A stretch of DNA of 63,957 bases, filler included, from Vicugna vicugna (GCA_013265495.1; 81 parts of 79 records of this genome joined end to end with filler, not necessarily neighbours in it), one strand, 5' to 3'; numbered from the whole stretch's first letter, positions 50,552-63,540 are shown. The notes: a model not told the origin generated them from the letters alone. Made by a program: numbers and translations.

Positions 50552-51467
50552 NNNNNNNNNNNNNNNNNNNNNNNNNNNNNNNNNNNNNNNNNNNNTTAAT
50601 TAATTAANNNNNNNNNNNNNNNNNNNNNNNNNNNNNNNNNNNNNNNNNNNNACATACGCTGAGATACTGCACATAATATTGCCTCTGAAGCCCAATCATC
50701 TGATAACCCGGTCCTCAGCCTCTGATAACTTCAGCTGTTTTATGAAAGTCCTCCATGTGGATGAAAATATCAACAACTGGAACAAGAGCTTTTCATTGCC
50801 CTATTTGAGAAGAGCTGCGTGAATGGCTTTTATATTCAGGATAGAGATACATTCTCCAATCCAACCACCAGAAGCTGCATCGTAAGTCTAAACCGAGTTT
50901 AGTTGCTGTCTTGGGGGTGATTTAGAACCTGCTGTTGAATTATCATTGATTTGATTTGGTTGGTTTGGTTTGGTTTTTAAAAGCTGCCCATAAAAAGGAA
51001 AAAAGAGAAAGAACACAAATATGCCTACAGATTCCTGTTAGGATAGTAAACAGTGGCTGGTTAGTTACCTTGTATAAACCACACGCTCTCTTAGAATCTT
51101 TTTAGGTTTACTTCATCCTTNNNNNNNNNNNNNNNNNNNNNNNNNNNNNNNNNNNNNNNNNNNNTTAATTAATTAANNNNNNNNNNNNNNNNNNNNNNNN
51201 NNNNNNNNNNNNNNNNNNNNTATTGCCATCATGACAAGAACCCAGACAGATGAAATTTGGAAAGCTCTGTGGATATCTAGTGTACAGACAGAAAATGGTA
51301 TTTGAGAGGGAAAAAGCCTGAATTACAGAAAATGATAAATGAAATGGTCTAACATGCATTTCCCTTACAAAGAACTAATACATCTTTGGTTGATAATAAC
51401 ATCTGTCAGTAATTATGAAAAGAGNNNNNNNNNNNNNNNNNNNNNNNNNNNNNNNNNNNNNNNNNNT

Positions 51468-51640
51468 TCTAACATTGACACAGATTCATTAATCCCCATA
51501 ACAACTCTACGAGGTGGGTATTATTATTATCCCCATTTTATTGATGAGGAACTTGACAAACACAGAGGCTAAATAACATTTACAAGGTCGAAAGCGAGAA
51601 ACCAGCACAGGTGTTCCAGCTTGAGTCTACGCTCTTGACC
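51468..51640 (-). mobile_element. MIR relic
   Basis: CATAACAACTCTACGAGGTGGGTATTATTATTATCCCCATTTTATTGATGAGGAA. Confidence 0.8.
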
Positions 51641-52085
51641 ACTTCCCTTTTTTTTTTTTTTTGATGGCGGGGGGATAATAAGGTAATTCCGGTGGGGTGT
51701 GGGGGGTTAATTAGGGTTATTTGTCNNNNNNNNNNNNNNNNNNNNNNNNNNNNNNNNNNNNNNNNNNNNNNNNNNNNNNNNNNNNNNNNNNNNNNNNNNN
51801 NNNNNNNNNNNNNNNNNNNNNNNNNNNNNNNNNNNNNNNNNNNNNNNNNNNNNNNNNNNNNNNNNNNNNNNNNNNNNNNNNNNNNNNNNNNNNNAAACCC
51901 ACCCGGTGCCTGAGATTCAGCAGTGAACAAGACATCATGCTTCCTGCCCTAAATGAGCTTGTCGCCTCCTGACATGTTATCTTCANNNNNNNNNNNNNNN
52001 NNNNNNNNNNNNNNNNNNNNNNNNNNNNNTTAATTAATTAANNNNNNNNNNNNNNNNNNNNNNNNNNNNNNNNNNNNNNNNNNNN

Positions 52086-53251
52086 AATCTCCCCCACGCA
52101 CTGACAATGTTTCCGGAATCCTGAGCGTTGATAGGTTCCACCAACGGTCGGCAGCGATTTGGTTCTAACGGAAAGCCTAAGCTCGTCTCCCCTGAGGGTT
52201 TTCCTAATATCTCTGTGCCAGGGAATGCTAGGGGGGTTTGCAGGATATCCCAGTGACAGAGGCTGCCTCCCCAAGGTCAGGGAAGGTATTTCTCGGACTT
52301 CCCCGAACAGGGAACACCTGTGACTGAAGAGAGCTGCGTGGAGTTGTCTCTCGAGCTCCCCCACGCACTGACAATGGTTCCGGAATCCTGAGCGTGGGGA
52401 GGTTCCACCACCACTCGTCAGTGCATGGGTTCTAATGGAAAGCCCATGCTCGTCTCCCCTGAGCCTTTTCCTAATATCTCTGTGCCAGTGAATGCTACGG
52501 TGTTTAGCAGAATATCCCAGTGACAGAGGCTGCCTCGCCAAGGTCAGTGAAGGTTTTCACGGACTTCCCCGAACAGGGAACACCTGTGACTGAAGAGAGC
52601 TGCGTGAAGTTGTCTCTCGAGCTCCCCCACGCACCGAAAATTGTTCCGGAATCCTGAGCGTGGGGAGGTTCCACCAACGGTCGGCAGCGCGTGGGTTCTA
52701 ACGGAAAGCCTAAGCTCGNNNNNNNNNNNNNNNNNNNNNNNNNNNNNNNNNNNNNNNNNNNNNNNNNNNNNNNNNNNNNNNNNNNNNNNNNNNNNNNNNN
52801 NNNNNNNNNNNNNNNNNNNNNNNNNNNNNNNNNNNNNNNNNNNNNNNNNNNNNNNNNNNNNNNNNNNNNNNNNNNNNNNNNNNNNNNNNNNNNNNNNNNN
52901 NNNNNNNNNNNNNNNNNNNNNNNNNNNNNNNNNNNNNNNNNNNNNNNNNNNNNNNNNNNNNNNNNNNNNNNNNNNNNNNNNNNNNNNNNNNNNNNNNNNN
53001 NNNNNNNNNNNNNNNNNNNNNNNNNNNNNNNNNNNNNNNNNNNNNNNNNNNNNNNNNNNNNNNNNNNNNNNNNNNNNNNNNNNNNNNNNNNNNNNNNNNN
53101 NNNNNNNNNNNNNNNNNNNNNNNNNNNNNNNNNNNNNNNNNNNNNNNNNNNNNNNNNNNNNNNNNNNNNNNNNNNNNNNNNNNNNNNNNNNNNNNNNNNA
53201 AGCACTTGGGTTCTAGCGGAATGCCTAAGTTCGTCTCCCCTGAGGGTTTTC
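52086..53251. repeat. Satellite A
   Basis: CCCCCACGCA at 52091, 52358 and 52624 (267 and 266 bp). Confidence 0.97.
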
Positions 53252-54898
53252 NNNNNNNNNNNNNNNNNNNNNNNNNNNNNNNNNNNNNNNNNNNNTTAAT
53301 TAATTAANNNNNNNNNNNNNNNNNNNNNNNNNNNNNNNNNNNNNNNNNNNNGCAACACTGAATTAATAGTTATTAGCTATAATCCACACCACCGCCCCTG
53401 CAAATAATTAAAGTAGGTAAGCACTGCCTGGATGCCTGTTATTGCCCGATGCTAAGCAGGGTGAGGGTTATAAAGGAGGCTGAACAAGGGAGTCTCCTCC
53501 AGGTACAAGCTAAGTGAGGAGACACATTGGAAACCACCCAGGAATGGTACCAAGTCAGTACTCAAAGCCAAGATTACAGGCTACCGATCATAAACAGTGC
53601 AGGAATACAAAGAGGAGCTAGACGTATTTGGAGTAAATAGGGAAGACTCTATGAAGCGGATGGCGCTCCAACTAGTTCTCAGGGCAATTCTAATCTGTTT
53701 TAACTGAGGACTGGATAGGAAAAGGCTGGTGACTCCTGGTTTTTAATAAGGCACTGGTTACCCTAGGTGGCTAAGTTACATAATAATTGGAACACATAAG
53801 GTAAGTGCAAAATGATGAAGGGTCGAGACTACCTGGCTGAGATCTGGTTGTGGTAAGTCTTTGACTTGACTCTAGATGTTGGAGCATCAAAACTGTAGGT
53901 TGACTGAAAGGGGGGGAGAGAATATCCAAGAATTCAGCAGAAGGAAAAATTCATGTATCAGGGATGAAAGCTCTTCATCAGAGTAACAGCAATCAGAATA
54001 GACACTTGAAACCAAAAAAATAGACACTTGAAACCAAAAACATACAGTTCCAGAAGCCAACAATATGTGGAGGGTGGTGAGAGGAAGATAAATCAAAGAC
54101 CATTTCAAGCCTTTGTATATTCAAGACCGGAAGAATGATTATTCCACTGAATAAGTGGAGATNNNNNNNNNNNNNNNNNNNNNNNNNNNNNNNNNNNNNN
54201 NNNNNNTTAATTAATTAANNNNNNNNNNNNNNNNNNNNNNNNNNNNNNNNNNNNNNNNNNNNCAATTTCCCACATAAGTGCATCAAAACTATTTGGAAAG
54301 AATGTAACTTTCTTTAGATCACAAAGCGGGGATTACAAGGTTTGTTCTAAGAGCCCTACTTGTAAAACATCTGCTAACATAACTGGGTCCACTATCAGTC
54401 ATCAACATTCGAAGAGAAGGATGGAAAAGAACAAAGCCAAGCTAATATACTCCAGTCTTTTGTTGGGTTACGATGTCACAGAGGAGATGGACAAGTCATC
54501 AAGGAGCCACTCTGCCGTGATCACGGAGCCGGGGAACGGGATGGGCGGCAAGATGTATGACGCAGCTGCAGCTGTGCCCACGCTTCTAGGCAGGTACCCA
54601 AAGTCACCTCGACAAGGTGTCAAACGCTTGTGCCCACGTCATCATCACCTGACATGTATTAAAGAGAAATGAAAACCTATAAACAGCCAATACCCTTGGT
54701 GGGTACACTGTACAAAGAGAAATGTCACAGTTTGACAACTGACCATCTCAGTTCCCTGGGATTCATTCTTGGAGAACCTTAAAAACCACTCCTCTGTCCT
54801 CAAGAAGTGCTGCCTACTTGCCCTATATTTGGCTCAGGGATACAGCACGTTCACGTGGTCTTTAATGTCTGCACAGCTTTGACTGTCTTTCTCCAGGT

Positions 54899-54977
54899 TC
54901 ACTTGTCCATTCTGAAGAGGCCTGAGTTAAGTCCATCCTCTGTAAGATCAATTCCCTCCAGTGACAAGTCATCGAGC
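54899..54977 (-). CDS. Probable terminal coding exon of an unidentified gene (xLDDLSLEGIDLTEDGLNSGLFRMDK*)
   Basis: Minus-strand acceptor TTGGCTTTTAATTGCAG, then an open frame of 25 codons with protein-like acidic composition ending in TGA (54901-54899). Confidence 0.45.
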
Positions 54978-55544
54978 CTGCAATTAAAAGCCAACTGAAT
55001 AGGACTGTCCTCAGCTAAAAAGTTCACCCACCCTTCACTGCTTTCTTAATCTTCTCTCCTGGCTAATTGCAACAGACTAACAACTCCCTCCACCCAGCTC
55101 CCCAACTATGACAAACAGAAAGTAAGGTNNNNNNNNNNNNNNNNNNNNNNNNNNNNNNNNNNNNNNNNNNNNTTAATTAATTAANNNNNNNNNNNNNNNN
55201 NNNNNNNNNNNNNNNNNNNNNNNNNNNNTCTCAGGAAATATATCTGAAGTGTATGAGCTCTGTGTTCCCTCCCATCTGAAAGTCCTGGCCTTCTGGTGAG
55301 ATGGAGTGGTGACAAGGAGGCCACTGCCACAGAGGCCTTGTCCCAGCAGGACTCACTCCCTGGGCAATAAGGGCCAATCTCACCTGAAGGAAAACACGAT
55401 GTGTGTGTACCATGGGCCACGTGCTGGAGAAGGTATGTAACCTCTCATTCAGTATAATTTGGTCCTGCTCAAGCATCCCATTTTACTTTTTGTAGGAGGT
55501 AAGAGTTGAAGATTTTCTTTGAATACAGCTATTTAGAGCTTATC

Positions 55545-55651
55545 TTTTTTTAAATTGAAATGTGGTTGATTTACAATGTTTTGTTAGTTTCAGATATACA
55601 ATTTTTTTAGCTTCATGTATACAGCATAGTGATTCAGTTGTACATATACAT
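55545..55651 (-). mobile_element. L1 3' end
   Basis: Poly-T, AATTGAAATGTGGTTGATTTACAATGTT...GTATACAGCATAGTGATTCAG. Confidence 0.75.
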
Positions 55652-56425
55652 NNNNNNNNNNNNNNNNNNNNNNNNNNNNNNNNNNNNNNNNNNNNTTAAT
55701 TAATTAANNNNNNNNNNNNNNNNNNNNNNNNNNNNNNNNNNNNNNNNNNNNCTCTGAACATATAGTTTATATGATGCCAAGTGACTCTTACCACATAGCT
55801 TTGAAAACCTATTTAAATTTGTCTCTTCCACGACACTGTGATCTCCTTGAGGGATGGGGGCCTGTGTGGTATTTGTCTAGACAGCTAATGTCTGGCACAG
55901 ACCCCAGGCCATCGGAAACAGTCTGCTGACTCATCAAGAAGAATTGTCGTCTTTGCAACGTAAGAAAGACTACATGCTCTCTGATCTTACACCATCNNNN
56001 NNNNNNNNNNNNNNNNNNNNNNNNNNNNNNNNNNNNNNNNTTAATTAATTAANNNNNNNNNNNNNNNNNNNNNNNNNNNNNNNNNNNNNNNNNNNNTCAT
56101 CGACAAATTCGAGAGGCCGACCTGCCCATCCTATTGCAACATCTTGAATCTGCTTCTTTCTATCCAGGAGGAGATTTCCAAATAAGATGCCAATCAAAAA
56201 TTCCCGTGTCCAGAGTTAGAGCTGTGTGCCTTTGGGATGATCTCAGAGATGCCTCCAGGGAGGCTCGGTGTGCTCTCTCTCCCTCAGAGCACAGTTCCCT
56301 TCAGTCCGGTGGGTTTCAGCAGAGAAGATTTCACAAATAACCCCTCTGAGACCCTGGGGACCAACCTCCCGCTTGGCCGAGCTCTGAAAATGAGCACGAG
56401 TTCCGGGCAAAGGGCCTTCTACAGG

Positions 56426-56439
56426 GCGCCACCTGGCAG
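56426..56439 (-). promoter_or_regulatory. CTCF-like motif
   Basis: Minus-strand CTGCCAGGTGGCGC matches CCRSYAGRKGGCRS at 13/14 positions. Confidence 0.45.
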
Positions 56440-56572
56440 ATTACATGAGGACAGTGTACAAAAGAGTGGGAGNNNNNNNNNNNNNNNNNNNNNNNNNNNN
56501 NNNNNNNNNNNNNNNNTTAATTAATTAANNNNNNNNNNNNNNNNNNNNNNNNNNNNNNNNNNNNNNNNNNNN

Positions 56573-57075
56573 GTCCGGGGAAGTCCGAGGAATACCTTCC
56601 CTGACCTTGCGGAGGCATCCTCTGTCACTGTGAATTCCTGCAAAATCCCCTAGCATTCCCTGGCACACAGATATTAGGAAAACCCTCAGGGGAGAACAGC
56701 ACAGGCATTCGATTTGAACCCACGCGCTGCCGACCGTTGGTGGTACCTCCCCACGCTCAGGGTTCTGGAACCATTGTCAGTGCGTGGGGGAGCTCGAGAG
56801 ACNNNNNNNNNNNNNNNNNNNNNNNNNNNNNNNNNNNNNNNNNNNNNNNNNNNNNNNNNNNNNNNNNNNNNNNNNNNNNNNNNNNNNNNNNNNNNNNNNN
56901 NNNNNNNNNNNNNNNNNNNNNNNNNNNNNNNNNNNNNNNNNNNNNNNNNNNNNNNNNNNNNNNNNNNNNNNNNNNNNNNNNNNNNNNNNNNNNNNNNNNN
57001 NNNNNNNNNNNNNNNNAGGGTTCCGGAACTTTTGTCAGTGCGTGGGGGATCTCGAGAGACAGCTCCACGAAGCTC
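56573..57075. repeat. Satellite A
   Basis: Family motifs; internal gap. Confidence 0.94.
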
Positions 57076-57175
57076 NNNNNNNNNNNNNNNNNNNNNNNNN
57101 NNNNNNNNNNNNNNNNNNNTTAATTAATTAANNNNNNNNNNNNNNNNNNNNNNNNNNNNNNNNNNNNNNNNNNNN

Positions 57176-57627
57176 TCTAAATTCTAAACTCTGTGTTATG
57201 AATTCCATGTTCTAAATTCTGAGTTCTGCATTCTGTATTCTATAATCTATATTCGGAATTGTGCATTCCGTATGATACATTCTATATTATGTATACTTTA
57301 TCCTATGTTATAAATTCTGTGGTCTGAATTCCATCATCTAAATTCTGTGTTCTGTATTTTGTATTCTATATTCATATTCTGAGTTCTACATTCTCTATTC
57401 TAAATTCTATATACTTTATTCTACATTCTATTTTCTGTGTTCTATATTCTCTATTCCACATTCTCTTCCTGTTTTCTCTATATTATATTCTGTGTTCTGA
57501 ATTCCATGATTATATTCATTCTGGGTTCCCTGTATTCTATATTTTTTATTCTGTGTTCTGCATTCCATCTCATAAATTCTGGGTTCTGTATCCTATATTC
57601 TATATTCTGTGTTCTACATTCTATATT
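57176..57627 (-). repeat. Satellite E (more diverged copy)
   Basis: 7-bp ATTCTAT/ATTCTGT periodicity with more substitutions. Confidence 0.9.
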
Positions 57628-59179
57628 NNNNNNNNNNNNNNNNNNNNNNNNNNNNNNNNNNNNNNNNNNNNTTAATTAATTAANNNNNNNNNNNNNNNNN
57701 NNNNNNNNNNNNNNNNNNNNNNNNNNNTGACTGGTCTATCTCCAATTGCTTGTGTTGCCTTTGTTGTGATGAGCACCCCATACTATTTTGATTAGGATAT
57801 CCTCATTTTGATTACGCTTATCTCACAAATCTGAAAGAGTACAGGACACTTCCACTGGTGGAAATGAAGCTTCTGAAGGTTCTCAGCTCTGCATTCTACT
57901 CTATGTTATTTTGGAGTGTTTCCAGAAGAGCAGAGTGTGAGTGCGCTTGTGCTTTGTAGTGCCACGGGAATGTCCCACTGAAACCAGTACTTCCAAGAGC
58001 TTCTCTGTCTAAGAAACACCAGTGGAAGCATATCTATGGATGTCACACATCAGGGCCTGCTGGAATGATCCCGCAGCCCGAACTTGGTGTCCTCGCTGCC
58101 GAACCGTGCCGGTGCCATCCAAAATATAGCATCCGCTTTTGAGAGATAAACTGAAGGATATCCTTGCTCTTCTCATGCTGTGGTCTTGGACCACAATTCG
58201 TTGTCCTCTCATCCTTGTGGCACGGCTGCACGTAGGCAACCACAGAGCTGTTGCTCATCCTGTGCCTCAAACCAAACCNNNNNNNNNNNNNNNNNNNNNN
58301 NNNNNNNNNNNNNNNNNNNNNNTTAATTAATTAANNNNNNNNNNNNNNNNNNNNNNNNNNNNNNNNNNNNNNNNNNNNATACTAATTAACAAAAAATTCT
58401 GTGGCTTAACGTTGGTTCAGGGTAACTGTGTAACGGTCCTGACTCTGCTGATGCTAAATTATGAGTATAGGAACTATGGAACCTCTTCAAATGTCTTTCA
58501 TCATTAAACCAGCTTTCTTATTTTGCTATTTCTTAGAAATTGCCAAAGACTATAAAATGATGGCTTCATACAAAACAGGAGCTAAAGTTTATGAGCCCTC
58601 TTGAGATACCCACTGTGCTAAACACTTTACATAATTTCTAATTCTCACAATTCTACAAAGCAGATATGAGCGTCCCCATCACATAGACGAAGGGAAAAAC
58701 AGAACGAACTGACTCGGGTTCACGTGTCTCAGTGGCAGGGCGTGCATGCAAAGCTACACCCGTTCCTATATATACAAAATCACCTCCCACCAATTAACAC
58801 ACAGAGGCGGGGTCCATACGCAGGGAACTCAGTACACTTTTCAGCTTTAAGGTGCTCCAGAGGCCGCTTCTAGCTGTTTAATAAAATCCTGGCTCACTGG
58901 TTTCTAACACTGGAAGAAAAGTCCGATTTTGCCATTGTTTGCACAGCAAGTCTGAAATGTTCACAGTCAGATGACAGAATAAAAGTAAGATCTAAGTATA
59001 ATAATTTTTCCAGGTAGACAGACACAATGGATAGTGTGCTATCCTGAAGCATTAAGCAAAGAAATCAAAATAAAATAACNNNNNNNNNNNNNNNNNNNNN
59101 NNNNNNNNNNNNNNNNNNNNNNNTTAATTAATTAANNNNNNNNNNNNNNNNNNNNNNNNNNNNNNNNNNNNNNNNNNNN

Positions 59180-59640
59180 CAAGGATGGGTTCCAGTATCC
59201 TGAGTTTGGGGTAGTTCCTCCAACAAAAGCAGCACCTGGGATCTAATAGAATCACTTTGCTTGAGTTCCCTGAGTGTTTCCATAGGCCGGGCTGTGAGCG
59301 AAGGTGTGGTTGGACAATAAACCCAAGTAATAGCGAGTTCCTCTCTATCAGCATTGGAAGTCTATAACTACATCCCCAACCTGGGAACACCTGTGCCCCA
59401 GAAAAATGCGTGGACTCTGTTTCCCTCCTCCAGCACACACACGGCATTGGGTTCAGATGTCTTGAGTGTGGGGAGGTTCTTCCCAAGAAGCGGCTGGGTT
59501 CTAATAGAATCCCTTAGCTTGTAATCCCTGAGTGTTTCCCTAGGACTGACACTGATAGAAATCTGGGGGTTGGTCTTTGAGGCCAAATAGTAGCAAGTGC
59601 TTCCCGATGGACTGATTAAGTATTTAGATGAATTCTCCAT
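59180..59640. repeat. Satellite D
   Basis: CTGGGAACACCTGTGCCCC, CCAGCACACACACG and CCCTGAGTGTTTCC (the last twice). Confidence 0.9.
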
Positions 59641-59740
59641 NNNNNNNNNNNNNNNNNNNNNNNNNNNNNNNNNNNNNNNNNNNNTTAATTAATTAANNNN
59701 NNNNNNNNNNNNNNNNNNNNNNNNNNNNNNNNNNNNNNNN

Positions 59741-60672
59741 TGACTGAAGAGAGCTGCGTGGAGTTGCCTCTCGATATCCCCCACGGACTGGCAACTGCTG
59801 CGGAATCCTGAGCGTGGGGAGGATCCACCAACGGTCGGCAGCGCGTAGATTCTAACGGAATGCCTCAGCTCGTCTCCCTGAGGATGTCCCTAATGTCCCT
59901 GTGCCAGGGAATGCTAGGGGAGTTTGCAGGATATCCATGTGTCAGAGGCTGCCTCCCCAAAGTCAGGGAATGTATTTCATGGACTTCCCCGAACAGGGAA
60001 TACCTGTGACTGAAGAGAGCTGCGTGGAGTTGCCTTTCGAGCTCCCCCACGCACTGACAACGACTGCGTAATCCTGAGCGTGGGGAGGTTCCACAAACGG
60101 TCGGCAGCGCGTGTGTTCTAACAAAGCTCGTCTCCCCTGAGGGTTTTCCTAATGTCCCTCTGCCAGGGAATGCCATGGGGGATTGCAGGAATTCCCAGGG
60201 AAAGAGGCTGCCTCCCCAAAGTCAGGGAAGTATTTCTCGGACTTCCCAGAACAGGGATCACCTGTGAATGAAGAGGGCTGCGTGGAGTTGCTTCTCGAGC
60301 TCCCCCATGCACTGACAACGGGTGCGGAATCCTGAGCGTGCGGAGGTTCCACCAACGGTCGGCAGTGCGTGGGTTCTAACGGAATGCCTAAGCTCGTCTC
60401 CCCTGAGGGTTTTCTTAATGTCCCTGTGCCAGGGAATGCTTTGGGGGATTACAGGAAATCCCAGTGACAGAGGCTGCATCCCCAATGTCAGGGAATGTAT
60501 TTCTCGGACTTCCCCGAACAGAGAACACTTGTGACTGAAGAGAGATGCGTGGAGTTGCCTCTCGAGCACCCCCACTCACTGACAACGGCTGCGGATTCCT
60601 GAGCGTGGGGAGGTTCCACCAAAGTTAGGCAGCACGTGGGTTCTAACGGAATGCCTAAGCTATTCTCCCCTG
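59741..60672. repeat. Satellite A subfamily variant
   Basis: About 3.5 monomers sharing diagnostic substitutions. Confidence 0.95.
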
Positions 60673-61354
60673 NNNNNNNNNNNNNNNNNNNNNNNNNNNN
60701 NNNNNNNNNNNNNNNNTTAATTAATTAANNNNNNNNNNNNNNNNNNNNNNNNNNNNNNNNNNNNNNNNNNNNGCTCCTCCAAAGCCCTCCACCCCTAGGA
60801 CCTCTCCAGTGTCCTTCCCAGCAGGGGCAACCACCACCCTGGACCACACAGGGCACTCTCCCCGAGTCCCCATCCCACAAGCCTCCAGGCCTCTACCTGT
60901 GTTTCTCCTGCCACCTGAGTTACCCTCTTGATTCCTTCTCCTGGCTGACTCTTACTCTGTCCTCAGAACTGAGTGTAGAGCCAATTTCTTCCAGGAAGTC
61001 CTCTCTGATGATTTCCTTTAGCTCTTGGCTGGGCTCCCTCTACAGCAACTGCTTGGTACTGGTATTTGTCCACCTGCTCCTTTGAGACCATGACCTCTTG
61101 AAGGCCACGTGGGAAAAAGGAGTGAGGTGACAAGAGGGGTGGGAAGAGCAAACAGCAAAATCACAGCCCAAGTCCCAACTTCAAGGATTCTGCCTCAGAT
61201 AAAAAGAAAAAAATGTTTCATACGTGTGTCATTTGGCTATGATTTTTGTGGCTCNNNNNNNNNNNNNNNNNNNNNNNNNNNNNNNNNNNNNNNNNNNNTT
61301 AATTAATTAANNNNNNNNNNNNNNNNNNNNNNNNNNNNNNNNNNNNNNNNNNNN

Positions 61355-62168
61355 AAACCTGGTGATAGGAAGAAGCTACGAAGACAAAGTGTATATATCG
61401 AAGTGCATAGGTTATTGTAATGGTTTTAACATCAGTCATGAGCATATTCACAACTCACAAATGCATGTTTGAGGAATCGGTATTGCATGAAACATGTTCG
61501 GAATACAGAATGCCATGGTTATGTAAAAAATGGAAATTACATGTGTATTGGTGAGATTTCGCTCAAAGAGATTTTTCTGGTGCCAAATATCCGATTTTAG
61601 ATCCTGGTGATATAAAAACCTATGAAGTAAGATTAAATATTTTAAAGTGTATATATGCCTTGTTTGGTGGATGAAAGGTCAGTAATCCACATGCTGAGAA
61701 CTCAGAAACACATGTTTGCCGAATCCGTCTTGCATGTAGCATGTACGGAACCCGGAATGCCATGTTGATGGAATTCATGTAAATTACNNNNNNNNNNNNN
61801 NNNNNNNNNNNNNNNNNNNNNNNNNNNNNNNNNNNNNNNNNNNNNNNNNNNNNNNNNNNNNNNNNNNNNNNNNNNNNNNNNNNNNNNNNNNNNNNNNNNN
61901 NNNNNNNNNNNNNNNNNNNNNNNNNNNNNNNNNNNNNNNNNNNNNNNNNNNNNNNNNNNNNNNNNNNNNNNNNNNNNNNNNNNNNNNNNNNNNNNNNNNA
62001 TGTAGCATGTACGGAACACTGAATATCATTTAGATGGAATCTATTCAAATTACATATCTCTAGGGTAAATTTCGTTCCAAGAGGGTTTTTCTGGGATCAA
62101 AGTGTGGTTCTTGATACTGGTGTAAGGAAGAAGAAACGAAGTCTACGTAAATATTTCAAAGTGCATAG
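61355..62168. repeat. Satellite B (opposite orientation)
   Basis: Reverse complement of B; AAGTGCATAG at 61401 and 62159. Confidence 0.92.
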
Positions 62169-63007
62169 NNNNNNNNNNNNNNNNNNNNNNNNNNNNNNNN
62201 NNNNNNNNNNNNTTAATTAATTAANNNNNNNNNNNNNNNNNNNNNNNNNNNNNNNNNNNNNNNNNNNNAACCTAGCTAATTTTCCTAAATGTCCCAACTT
62301 AACTAACCACAGGTTGCCGCTTCAAGAACGGGGCAAATAGTACCTTGTGGATTTTTTTTTTAATAAATAAATAATGATCCACTTTCTACCACCGGCAATT
62401 ATCATAAGGCTGATTATATGTTCTTACAACAAATAGTGTAGTAATCATAATTTCTACTTGATTCAAACCACTTCTTCTAAAAAATTTGAATCTTTTTTCT
62501 TCAGACGGATTTTTGCCATTTGACCTAGTGATAAAATTTTCAACTGGCTTTTATTAAAANNNNNNNNNNNNNNNNNNNNNNNNNNNNNNNNNNNNNNNNN
62601 NNNNNNNNNNNNNNNNNNNNNNNNNNNNNNNNNNNNNNNNNNNNNNNNNNNNNNNNNNNNNNNNNNNNNNNNNNNNNNNNNNNNNNNNNNNNNNNNNNNN
62701 NNNNNNNNNNNNNNNNNNNNNNNNNNNNNNNNNNNNNNNNNNNNNNNNNNNNNNNNNNNNNNNNNNNNNNNNNNNNNNNNNNNNNNNNNNNNNNNNNNNN
62801 NNNNNNNNNNNNNNNNNNNNNNNNNNNNNNNNNNNNNNNNNNNNNNNNNNNNNNNNNNNNNNNNNNNNNNNNNNNNNNNNNNNNNNNNNNNNNNNNNNNN
62901 NNNNNNNNNNNNNNNNNNNNNNNNNNNNNNNNNNNNNNNNNNNNNNNNNNNNNNNNNNNNNNNNNNNNNNNNNNNNNNNNNNNNNNNNNNNNNNNNNNNN
63001 NNNNNNN

Positions 63008-63152
63008 AAACTTCGTTGTTTTGAAAAATAAAACAACAAAGCACACCTCAATGTGATTGGTAATTTCTACTTAGATTTCTGACCCAGGAGGGGATGTTCA
63101 CCATCATTTTGAGGTGTGCTTTGTTGTTTTATTTTTCAAAACAACCAAGTTT
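63008..63152. repeat. 44-bp near-perfect inverted repeat with 57-bp spacer
   Basis: 63008-63051 is the reverse complement of 63109-63152 with one mismatch. Confidence 0.95.
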
Positions 63153-63274
63153 CANNNNNNNNNNNNNNNNNNNNNNNNNNNNNNNNNNNNNNNNNNNNTT
63201 AATTAATTAANNNNNNNNNNNNNNNNNNNNNNNNNNNNNNNNNNNNNNNNNNNNCTCAGCCACAGTTTGCACCT

Positions 63275-63540
63275 CTTGAGATGAGCTCATCCACTTGCAT
63301 GGCTGTGAACACCACCTAAGAATGATGACTCCCAAAGTGTATCTCTAGTCCGGCTCCTTCACCTGAGCCCCAGGCTCACAGACCCGAGTGCCTCTTTGAA
63401 GTCCTAACTTGAATGACAAATGGCATCTTAAAAATGCTTTATGTCAAAAAAAAAGCCTTATGTCCACCATTTACTCTAGACTTCGATTCCTAGCCGGTAC
63501 CTCCCAGGCTTCCCATTTTAGTAACAACCACATGCTCAAG
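63275..63540 (+). mobile_element. LINE-2 RT-region relic
   Basis: CTCATCCAC...CATGGCT...GATGACTCCCAAA...ATCTCTAG...CCTGAGC.CCAG...GGCATCT.AAA, the degenerate L2 YADD region. Confidence 0.75.

Noticed and set aside
52038..52541. Family of ORFs with a repeating 89-aa unit (GELERQLHAALFSHRCSLFGEVRE...)
   Set aside because: These are translations of the 267-bp (3 x 89) satellite. They are open on both strands and in several frames, and copies are freely frameshifted.
53997..54040. Perfect 22-bp tandem duplication AATAGACACTTGAAACCAAAAA x2
   Set aside because: An ordinary local duplication or gap-closing artefact with no associated feature.
62448..63076. TAATTTCTACTT twice (62448, 63061), resembling the Cas12a direct-repeat handle
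   Set aside because: It lacks the GTAGAT arm needed for the stem, there are only two copies ~600 bp apart, and there are no spacers or cas genes.
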